From: Acanthaster planci
Lineage: Eukaryota
DNA: 64,000 nt
Direction of reading: 5' to 3'
Assembly (NCBI RefSeq): GCF_001949145.1
Contig: NW_019091360.1
Span: 4,234,159-4,298,158, forward strand
Positions within the stretch are counted from its first letter, which is position 1. Each line of letters opens with the position of its first letter. Below, piece by piece: positions 11,158 to 22,500 of this stretch. The position numbers and the translations under genes were made by a program. The notes under the pieces were generated by a model. The model had not been told where the DNA came from. It made no database searches and saw only the letters and a program-made list of their open reading frames with translations.

Positions 11158-14156
11158 ATGATGACTGCGTCTGTGGAACATGAAGACGCGGAAACGATGG
11201 GGGCAGAATCCCCGAGGCATGATTTGCCTCCTGACAGGTAAGACTCCACAAAGTAGTTTGACGAACACTGGGTAGACTTCCAATTGAATTGTTTAAATAA
11301 ATAAACTGAAGAGTTAAAGCTAGAACACTTCGGACTGCCAGATCAGCTACAAACGGTTTCTTTTATATGTGAAGTACATAAATCAGCATCAATAATTCCA
11401 GGAGATGTAGCCATGACTTTGAAGACAAGACACTTGTTTAAACTTACAAACGTGGCAGAGGGGCAAAAGTTGCGAAGTTTGCGTGGCTGGGGGGGGGGTT
11501 GACATTTTTGATATCACAGCTTCTTGTCAGAACAGAAAGAAAGAATGCTCGAAGGAAAACTGGTTCCTCCTGCAGAGAATATAATTTTTGTCGGTGGTGT
11601 CCTCTGATGCGGTGGATTGATTGATTTAAGTGACGCACCGTGGCTTTGTTGTTTGTTTTATTTTGCAGCATTCAAGAGACAATTTCGAAGCAATGGCTGG
11701 ACAAACTCAATGATACTAAGCAGATGCCGGTATCCATGGAAACAAGATTGGAAACGGGACGCTTTCTGCAGCAGCTCACCAACAGCGTTAACCGTGCACT
11801 CCATAAACAGAACTGTACTTGCAACGGCAAAGTGTACACAGCGGACGAGTTACGTGCAATAAGTAACCCTGCAATGTTTGCTCCTGTCGCCACGCCCACT
11901 GGAAAACCCGACCAAGGAATAGTAACACTTCCACCAATCGAAGATGCAGCCAAGAAAATAGCCCCGGATCTTGTTGCTGCAAATAATTCTCCTTTGAAAG
12001 TCTACCTAGAACGGGATTGTGGGAAGAAGTTTAAAACATTCACTGTGAAGCGGGGAGCACTGGGAGCCAAACCGCTAGGTGGCGTCCTAGCAACGGAGAA
12101 GGAAAAAGAGGAATTGAAACTTCCTAATATCATGGATATTACGGATGTCAGTGGGAACAACTGGAAAATTATACAGGACGTTTCTAGGCAACGTCAACCT
12201 CGAACAGCTCGTTACGACACCAAGCTTTTCGACGGCCAAAGTGCTACCATGCAGGAGTGCAGGTCTCCTCCCAAGACACCATCAGGTAATTCTAGGGCAG
12301 GGGCTGCACGTGAGATACCGGTTGGCCTAGCCTTTGAAGGAAAGGCAGATGATGCAGCAATAAACGCTGTGATACGATCCAATTCACCTCAAGACGTTGC
12401 TGCGTTCAGCTCCGAGGGTTCTTGTGTGGATGTAGGCCAACATGAAGCAGCTTGCTTCACTAGTCCACGAAATGACGAACAGACCAAAGACTCGACAACT
12501 TATCTACCAGAACTCGCCCCTAAATGCACCTTGGTACAGATTAATCAGACACCGCGGCTAAACGTAGACTCATTTCAAACCTCTTACGATGAGGCCGAGC
12601 GTAGATCGCTGCTTTCACAACTTAACTCGGCGGTTCGAACTGGTAAAATACCATACTCGGAGTTTCTGAAAAGAGTCTCCAGCCTCGCTCCAAGTTTCAG
12701 AGTGGAGAAAGGTCGAGATAAACGCGTACGAACATCGAGCATGGAGCAAGCCATTCCAGACAGATCAAAGAGGCAGGATACCAAACACCCCAGTGACCAA
12801 TCGGTGACATTGACTCGGGAACCAAATACCATCAATCACGAAGTCGGAACAATGGCTAACACATTTGCAAGTTCTAGCTACACTGGCATATACGCCAAAG
12901 ACCCAAACGCAATGTTCCCACCAGAACTACAGAACTTGTACGCCAGAAGTGGACTAAAAGTCACAACCCTCAACATCGATGTCGGTGATTCATTGCCAGA
13001 GAACTTTCTGACGCGAGACAAAGAGGAACTTAGAGTCTTATATCCCATGTATGACTCCAGAGTTGAACAGGAAAGGGAGAACTTGATTGCAAGAATGAAC
13101 TCACTTCAGTCAAAAGTGGAGAAGGATCAGAAGATCTCCCCACGTCAGAACAGGGCTGGAATACCAAGTGATGCGCGCATGCTTCTTTTCCCATCCAGTG
13201 ACGTGCCTTCGTCTGCCGACCCAGACGATTTCAAGTTGAAATTCAAGGTACGAAAAGGACCGGATGGGCGAAACCGAGAGGGAAGAATGTACTATCTCCA
13301 GGGAAGACAGTCAATATCAAGAGAAGGTGAAGTCCTTGATCTACCGGCAGAGAGCAGTGTGAGACGCGTCCATGGCTCTGACAGAGAAAGCTTCTGTCCT
13401 TCCCGAAATTTTCCAAAACAACCGCCTACAACGCCAGCGGACGATCGCCGCCAAAGTCAAGACGGCGGGAGTGAGCTAGTTGCCCGCTCGGTTGCAAACA
13501 TGGTAACTGAAAACCAAGACGCAGAGAAGAAGGAAGAAAGTGGCGAAAACAACAAACTCCAAGAGAATTCTTCGTCGAAAAGTCTCGGTGTAATACCTGA
13601 GGACCCTCTTGATGTTGTCTCTCATGCAAACACCTACGGGACAGAGTTATATCCCAAGAGAATGGTGGAAACATTTGGTGAAAGCCTTGACAAAGACGAA
13701 ACAAAGATGTTAAAGGAGTACCTGCATGTTGTGGTTCCTATGAGCAAAGGGAAACGAGTCTCTTGGCTTCAGCCAGAAAAAGACGGGGATGATACAACAG
13801 AGTTCACTAAATCTCGTGAAACCCTGCAGTCCATACAAACTAACGAGAAACCTGCGACACCGGATCGTTTACAGATGCCGCTTACAATTAGTGACGTGTC
13901 AGAGGGAAACTCTGGGCGTGGTGATGAACTGAAACCAATCTTGAAAGTCCTTGAGATTGACAATAGTAGTATAGGAACCTATGAGTCTTTAGTAAGGAAG
14001 CCGCTTTATACCAGCTTTGCAGAACCCGAAGGTCACCATGGTACACAGACAGATGGGAATTCACATCTTGGGGATGGGAGAAGAGACGGCCCAGTCACTA
14101 TTAGTACACAGAAAGTTGTCTTTATTAGTCCATTACAGGGTCTAAGAGAAAAGTGA
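11158..14156 (+). CDS. Uncharacterised, largely low-complexity/disordered protein, 2 coding exons, ~855 aa
   Basis: Exon 11158-11237 (MMTASVEHEDAETMGAESPRHDLPPD, donor AG|gtaaga) splices in frame to acceptor ttttgcag|C at 11669. A 2.5-kb stop-free exon then runs to TGA 14156, far too long for chance in this AT-rich DNA. No recognised domain. Confidence 0.8.
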
Positions 14157-15493
14157 AATTCTCAGATGTAGCCCACAAGGATAATTTGCGAATCGTTTTC
14201 AAAGAAATAATTGTCACAATAATTTTTGTCTCAGAGATTTCCTGTGCCATTACGGTAAAGAACGAAAACACTAAAATGCTCACCAGAAAAAAAGGATATT
14301 TGAAATCAATTTTTTGAATGATATCTTGTTTAAGTATAATTTTCAATGAAACGTAATCATGCACTAATTGTACATGGATTGCAGTGCCTTCTTTGCACGA
14401 CAGTTTTCCCCAAATAGCTGTCCAATAGTTTGCTAGAATGTCATGCAAATTTCAATATATTTATTGTGTTCCAGTGACTAACTACAATTTATTTTCACCA
14501 TAAAATTAATCTTTTATTTATCCACAATATCCCTGCACTTACTGCTGCTTGCAGCCCCCCCCCCCGCGGTTGGCAGAATTCACACAAAAAAGATGCACTT
14601 GCTTGAATTAAAATAAATTACAAATCTTCGAGTACGTACCTTTTCAAGTATTTGATTCATTTTAAATTAATTTATTTAATTGAGATCTCTGAAAAAAAGT
14701 GAAAGTCAAAAATAAACAAAGTTTATACAATATGTATTCCACCTCGCTTCAGGGTGCAAGCACTGAGATGGCATTTATACAAATAATGTCTAATTCGGTC
14801 ATCGGTACGGTACTGAGCAGATGCCAATGGGACAAGGAGACCTTGTTGAGAAACCCAACCGTTAAAACAGAATAGCGCCCTCTGCCAAGTTCCCCACAAA
14901 GCCAACGTGTCAGATCGGCAAGGGAAGGGGAATTGTGTATCGATCCCTGTCGAAACAGACTGCTGGTTGAGCTGGTGTGCCAGTTTGTGAACGATACTTG
15001 AGTAAGTAACAGAGATGGAGGTCATTTTGGAGAAATATTTACTATTATGTTGTGAAGTGTGATTGCCTAAGTTAAATGTTAAGACGAGTCGCGTTTCGCA
15101 GACGTTATTCTGCTCCTATCCTCACGCACTGTCTTCAGATCACACGTATGTGCACTGTGAGGTGTGGTATTTCCGACATTGATAGCCCCTTTGTGCTATT
15201 TTCCATATTCTCGTTCATGATCATGTTCAGTTTCAAGTCCATTAAAATTGATTTTGGAAGACAACTTTATTTCAAAAGATCCAGTGAAAACAGTTCTAGA
15301 AAAAAAATCCTATGCACGTACATGGACATCACTGATATGAATGTCATGCCTAGCATGTGCACCATAAAATGATAAATCGGTCTGAAAAATTCCAAGTGTT
15401 TTGGGGTTTTCTAAGTAAATGTTTCAATACATCTAGTTGGTTGCATAATTTGGCTTTTATACCCCACCATCCCACACGATCAACCTCATAAGG

Positions 15494-15636
15494 CTTATTG
15501 CAAATACTGCATGGTGATTTTGCACAATGGTAGAAAGGCATTGTGGGAAGGAAAAAGGGGCAATGTTTGCTCCTTTTTCCTTCCCACAATTCCTTTCTAC
15601 CATTGTGTAAAATCACCATGCAGTATTTGCAATAAG
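15494..15636. mobile_element. Foldback MITE / near-perfect hairpin (~67-bp arms) in the COPB1 5' intron
   Basis: CTTATTGCAAATACTGCATGGTGATTTTGCACAATGGTAGAAAGGCATTGTGGGAAGGAAAAAGG pairs with CCTTTTTCCTTCCCACAATTCCTTTCTACCATTGTGTAAAATCACCATGCAGTATTTGCAATAAG. Confidence 0.8.
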
Positions 15637-16224
15637 GTTTACAGCCAGGTATAGGTCAAAGTGTCACACTTCATGCTCTGCTCAAGGGATTTTCACCTTG
15701 TACCCATGTAACCAGTCATTCCAGGGGCTGTTTTTTAGATTGGCGTGGTATTCTGCAGTTACTCCTTTTTAGGATATGCAGTCACTTTCTGATTACTGAT
15801 AAACCACTGGAAGGGACAATTAGTGCTGTCTTGTGTATGGAGCTCTCCCTGAATTTCATCTGAACTAAGTGTTAGTGTAACAAATGCTTCTAACTTGTTG
15901 ACTTGAAAATGTACACAGACTCCGTCATGGTCATGTGTTTGTGTAGAAATTGAATGTTTCCTCTGCATTACATGTACTTATAATAATACAGATTTATAAC
16001 CCTCCAGTATCTTTCAGTATGATGCTCATGGCACAATACAGATATAGTAATATTAACAAGAAATAATGTAACAATCATTGAACAATTGGATTTAAACAGA
16101 AACCTTGATTTCAGTGACGGAGGAGATAGGGTGAATATCTGAAGGGAGTTTGTTCAATCACAGTGTCCTGTTTTGTCGTGTTGTTCTCACTTATCCTTGT
16201 TTTGGGCTCATTTTTCACTCATCT

Positions 16225-16439
16225 ATTGGCAATCCTTACTTTGAGGACACCACTGCATTTTGTAGACTCAGTCCAAAATTACATGTATATGTGTGTGTTC
16301 AGCCTGAGGAATTTTTCCTTTAAAAACTGAAGCATTGAGGAGTCATTTGGGGAAGGACATTGCCATAAAATATGAATTTCAAAAATAAGTTAGCAAATGA
16401 CACATATGTTACGGGGCCTTTGAAGTAAGGATTGCCAAT
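16225..16439. mobile_element. MITE with 17-bp terminal inverted repeats
   Basis: ATTGGCAATCCTTACTT ... AAGTAAGGATTGCCAAT. Confidence 0.65.
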
Positions 16440-16596
16440 CAAACACTTTACTTTGACTGTGAGATTTTCTTTGAAGGTTCCGCTTCTGTCCGTGAACCAC
16501 AGCTGAGCTAATACAGCAGGCCCCGAGCTAATTTGGTCTTGAAATTTCCTCTTCAGATAAGAAGCTATTTGGTTGAATTTACTTTTCAACTTCAAG

Positions 16597-19500
16597 ATGG
16601 CATCCTCAGAGCAACCATGCTACACGCTGATCAATTTCAACATGGATGTTGAACCACCGAATGAAATGACTCTCAAGAATGATATTGGTATGATGATGTG
16701 TTTTTTTGGCTTTTCTTCTGAAAAATAATCATCAAATGTGCTCCCATGTTTAATGAAATTGAAATTTACAATTAATTAATAAAATTTATAAAAATTGGAA
16801 GGTGTAGGAAGATTGTTGCCTGTGGGTTAACTGTGTTCATGAAAAATCTCCATACTTGTGTAAATGTTACTTGCATTGTGACTGATTGTGACAGGTGTTT
16901 AATTGATTGATTTTTCCCTCAGAAAATGGTGACACAAAAACCAGGACTGAAGCCTTGAAGAAACTGATCTACATGATACTGAATGGGGAGAAGTTTCCAG
17001 GACTTCTGATGTCTGTTATTAGATTCCTGCTTCCAATGACGGTAATAAACTGGGTCAAAGGTCAAAACTTACCCCTAAAACTCACAGAAATGCCTTAGCG
17101 TGCCTGCCACAAACAACAGTCATATTCGTCCCCGTTTTGAAAGTCTTGCAAGTCTTTCTATGGTGGTAATGGATAGGTCATTCTCAATTCCTTTGTGTAG
17201 TTTCAGGCATTTACCAGGATTTCTTTTTCTTCAGTAGCCAGTACTTCATGTGTTTTGATTTTTGTACGTGTGAAGATAAATCCTAAAGAATAACTGTTGA
17301 TTTCATTGAAGTAACTTCTGATAACTTTCTTTCACTTCAGTCAACATGACTCATTTTGACTGTTTCTCATACACTTTGTTTGATTTGGAATCTTGTTTGC
17401 AGGACCACACCATCAAGAAACTTCTGCTGATCTTCTGGGAGATTGTCCCCAAGACACACCCAGATGGCAAGTTGCTTCAAGAGATGATCCTTGTGTGTGA
17501 CGCTTATCGGAAGGATCTTCAGCATCCTAATGAATTCATCCGTGGTTCCACTCTACGCTTCTTGTGTAAACTCAAGGAGCCGGAACTACTTGAGCCATTG
17601 ATGCCAGCAATTCGTCTTTGTTTAGAGCATCGTCATAGTTACGTACGACGTAATGCAGTCATGGCCATCTTTACCATTTACAAGTAAGATCTAAGTGATT
17701 GATTTATAGTTTGATTAACGTACATAAAGACATTATTCAGTGACTTGGCTTTGTCTAGGCTATATTGTTTCCTTGGCTATTTGATATTTTGGGGCTTTTT
17801 TTGTCTCATGCTTGAAGTAACTCATCATTGGGTTCATTTTCTAACTCCGCATTGATAATGAAAATGATTCTAACTTTTATCGCATAAACTGTCTATCTCT
17901 CTGTTGAGGTGTTTGTAAATCGAAAGGAATGGCCATTTCAGTAAAAAATTCTTGCCCGGAGTTTATTGAAATGCAGTTTATTCCCTAATTTCATCAAAAG
18001 TAACTGGGCCAATCGCTCTTTGCTTTGCTATTTGTCTTAAGGATTTTGTCCTAAGCTGATGTTTGTGTGCGTTGAGCAGGAACGAGACATATTTCCCAAT
18101 TCACAAATCTCAATTTTCCCTTTTATGTTTTTTTTTTCTTCCAGGAACTTTGACTTCCTGATCCCGGATGCCCCTGAGCTGATCCATACATTCCTTGAGC
18201 AGGAACAAGACGCTTCTTGTAAGAGGAATGCATTCATGATGTTGATCCACGTAGATCAAGACCGTGCCTTGGATTACTTGAGCACGTGTATTGATCAGAT
18301 CACATCATTTGGTGACATCTTACAGCTTGTCATTGTGGAGTTGGTGTACAAGGTAAGTGACGACAAAATCAGGCTTTTTGTTAGTACACCTCATTCATCA
18401 TTCCTTCAGCCTCAAACTGTTATTCTCCATCCTCATCGGTTGAGTTTGAACTGTCTGCTTTGTACAGGTGTGCCATGCCAATCCGTCTGAGCGCGCTCGT
18501 TTTATCCGTTGTATTTACAACCTACTGCAATCATCTAGTCCTGCGGTACGTTACGAGGCAGCTGGTACCCTGGTCACATTGTCAAGTGCTCCTACAGCTA
18601 TCAAGGTATGTCATTGTCAGGGACCAATCAATATGGAGGAGCAAGCTTTTTATGTCATCGACTTGGTTATTGTTAACTGTTAAAACTTTTAAAGAACTTT
18701 TTATGTCATATGTAGAGTAGTAACATGATAAAGAAGGATGTCTGTCCTTTGATGGTAGGCGGCAGCCTCTTGCTACATTGATTTGATCATCAAAGAAAGT
18801 GACAACAACGTCAAGCTGATTGTGTTAGACCGACTGGTGGCACTCCGAGAAGACTCAGCACATGAGAAAGTCCTCCAGGTTAGTACTTTAGTATTACTCT
18901 TAGTACATCTGGTATTCTTCCAGTTCTAGTTGTGAGCATTGTTTTGGAATGCGTAGACATAAATTTGTCAAGCTGGTAATGTGGGACTGTGTGTTTATAG
19001 ACAGTGTGGAAAGCTTAGGATCATTGGAGTGGAAGACACAATACATTGAATGCCCTCACATTCATGCCAATCTTTGTCAACTGTTTGGGTTCTGTTCATC
19101 AAACACAGGAGCTTGTCATGGATATCCTGCGTGTGTTGTCATCATCTGATCTAGAGGTACGTCGTAAGACATTAGATCTGGCCATGGATCTGGTGTCATC
19201 GAGGAATGTTGAGGAGGTGAGTGGACGTGTTGCCCATAGAGGTAATGAAGAATTCATTGTAGCCTTGAGAGAAAGACTCGAGGGAACCGAGTCTATTGGA
19301 TTTAATGCTCTGCCGAGAAGACATCTGCAGAAGAAATGTGAATTGTTAAGAAAGGCACGTCTGATGTGAGACAAAGTGAGGATAGATGTTGATAGGACAG
19401 GTGTTGCTTTGTTTGGTTTTGTAGATGGTTCTTGTTCTGAAGAAGGAAGTCAGTAAGACCCACAATGTGGGTGAGCACGAAGACACGGGGAAATATCGTC

Positions 19501-22500
19501 AGCTCCTCGTCAGAACACTTCATTCATGTAGTGTCAAATTCCCTGATGTTGCTGCTCAAGTCATCCCCTTGGTAAGTACTGGAAATGCCGTAAATGAAAT
19601 GAACAGCTCTGACCTTAGCGAAGGGGATTAAGGTTTTGTTGGTTGTGTCAAACTTAACAGTACATAGTGTGTCAATTATTTATTGTGTTCATTTGAGGCA
19701 GTAAAAGCCGTCCAAATGAAATGAAAAGTTGCCAGGTTACGTTTTGAATTGTGCCAGAATTCATTGAACGGAACGTGTTCCCATTTAGCCAACTGGAGCT
19801 GCACGTGTCACACACTGAGCTGATGAGTTATAGCAACTGCATGTGCATGTGCGTCATGTGAACTCTTGTGCCGTGCCGATTAAGAATGAACCAATAACTA
19901 CTGTTTCAGAAAACGTGTCTTCAGATATCATTATTGGAAATTGCCTTCTGTCATCGTTTCTTCAAAATATCAGCTTGCCAAAAAAGAATGATTTCAGAGA
20001 AAGTTTAGTCCCAGACATATCTTTAAGGCAAGTGTCCTCTTCAAGGTTACTTTTGTCAGATACCTTTGGATTATTGCAACTGACAGACTGTACCTTTAAT
20101 CATCGTCCTGGTTTGTTTGGATTGTGTATATAGTTGATGGAATTCCTGAGTGACACCAATGAGTTAGCAGCAGCTGATGTTCTCGTCTTTGTTCGTGAGG
20201 CTATCCAGCGCTTTGAACAGCTCAAACCACTAATTGTCACCAAACTCTTGGAGGTCTTTGCTTCTATTCGCACTGTCAAGTAAGTAAAGACCTGTACTCC
20301 AGTGGTGTATAGTTACTAATTAATTACTGATTGTTGCTGATAAATCAAATGTCTGAACTGGTCTATTGCTGTTCTGTTGTTTTGGCATTTTAATTGTGTT
20401 TTCTGGTTGTTGTACATCATTTGTAATCTTTGCTGGTTGGACTGGTTTGATCTGGCCTTTTTTCATTTTTCTTGATTGATATCCTTGGGCTTTTGTCTCT
20501 CATTTCCCTGTTTATACCTATTCTTTTGATGTTTACTGTTGTTGTTTACTGTTGTTGTTTACTGTTGTTGTTTACTGATCCCATACTTTTTTGGGTTAGG
20601 ATTCATCGTGCAGCATTATGGATTCTTGGTGAATATTGCACGACTAGCGATGAGATTCAGAGTCTGATGAATGAGATTCGTAATTCTCTTGGTGAGATTC
20701 CGATCGTTGACGATGAGATGAGGAAAGCAGCAGGAGAAGATACTGAAGGTAATCATGGTAAAGGTCTCACTCATTTATGTCAGGGTGGTCATTCTTGACC
20801 TTATCCCCAACTCCCCAGTGTCTTTGACTAGGCACTGAACCAAATCCATGGAAATCCATCACTCCCTGTGTAATCCACAATGCTTGCTGAAAAGTCAATC
20901 ACCGGTGTGGTGGACTTGGTTGATGGATCCTATTGCACATTTCTTACATGATATCATCAGCACTGTTGCCATGACAACATGCACTGAATGCCCCAACAAT
21001 GTTTGAGGCCTCCTGGACCAAGTCCATGGAAATCCCCTAAAATGGGAGGATGGATTTTGATGGATTTTGATGGTTAATGTTAATAGTGCTGTTGTCATTG
21101 TTAGAAAATTTGTTTTGCATTGTAATCTCTTCAGTACAGAAATTTCAGCAATTAGTGTGTGTAGAAGTATAGAAACAGGATTTGATTTGCTGTCCATTAA
21201 GATGGTCCAAAAGATTTTGGTGTGTAATTTGTTTCCGAGCCTTGGACTTCTTGACATATCTGCCTGGGTTTCTCTCTTTCAGAGGAATCCGTTGTTATCT
21301 CTAGTCAGAAGCGACAGTTGACAGAGATGGGCACCTATGCCACACAGAGCGCGCTCAGTGCTGCTGCTCCCAAGAAAGAAGAGGAAACCAGGTAATGTCT
21401 TAGATAGAGCGTCAGCATCTGGCTTTCATGTGAAGATAGATTGTCTATCAGTTCAACTTTTTTACATGAAGTCTGATTTAAATATTCACAAACACATAAG
21501 GCACTGTGTTGGTTTGACGTGATATCTTGGTCAGACAGACCACAGCAAAGTAAGAATTCATTTTTGATTTTTTGCCCTGCCCATGTGTATTATAACACTG
21601 TGTACTTAGTGTTTGCCCCTGAAGGCTTGTGGGAAAAAACCCACAAGTGTACTCGGATGGGACTCGAACCCATAACCTCCTGCTTACTAGTGCAGACGTC
21701 TTAACCACTTGACCACCACTGGCAAGTTCAGTCTAAAATTAATTAACATCTCCCCGCCGCAAATCCATCCTTGGACAAAGTACGAATTATAGATGGTTCC
21801 TAGCATTGAAATCACAGCTTTGCGATGTAGTTGTACAAAGTCAGATCTCTCCTATGCAATTTGGTTACTATTGATTTTGGTTCTTCTAACTCTTCAGACC
21901 TCCATTGCGTAGTTTCTTGATGGATGGTGATTTCTTTGTCGGAGCATCCTTGGCCACTGTGCTGACCAAGTTAGCTCTTCGCTTCATTGAACTCAACAAG
22001 AACCCCAAACAGCAAAATGTATGTACCCACGCTTGGACTGCAATCAGCTTTATTTCAATCTGATCTTGTTTGACATTATTTTCAAGAGTGATATCTTGCC
22101 TTTAGTTATTGTTACCTGTTGTTTTCAACTCGGCGTAGGCGCTTTGATAGTTTACTTATTTGCATGTGGTTTTTATACAGTGGGGTTTAACACTCATTAG
22201 CTGACTTAATGTGCACTAATACGTACCAGGTGTAAGGATGGCATTCAAGGGTTTCGACCCAGGACAGGTGCAGGAATGACTGTATGATAATAGTGTGCTA
22301 TGACTTTGGTCCATTTCAGTCTTTCTTGGCTGAGGCTATGCTCATCATGGCAACAGTTATTCATCTTGGAAAATCTGGACTTGCCAAGAACGTAAGTGAA
22401 AACAGTTTGGATTGATTTTGAAACTATTGACCAACGGTAAGCAGTTAACTTTAAAATTGAAAGTGGACAATTGAATTGAAAATTGTGTCATTTGAAGAAC

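Noticed and set aside
21640..21722. tRNA gene
   Set aside because: A and B boxes are present but there is no acceptor stem and it runs into a SINE-like body. The same applies to 2940-3012 and 59250-59312.
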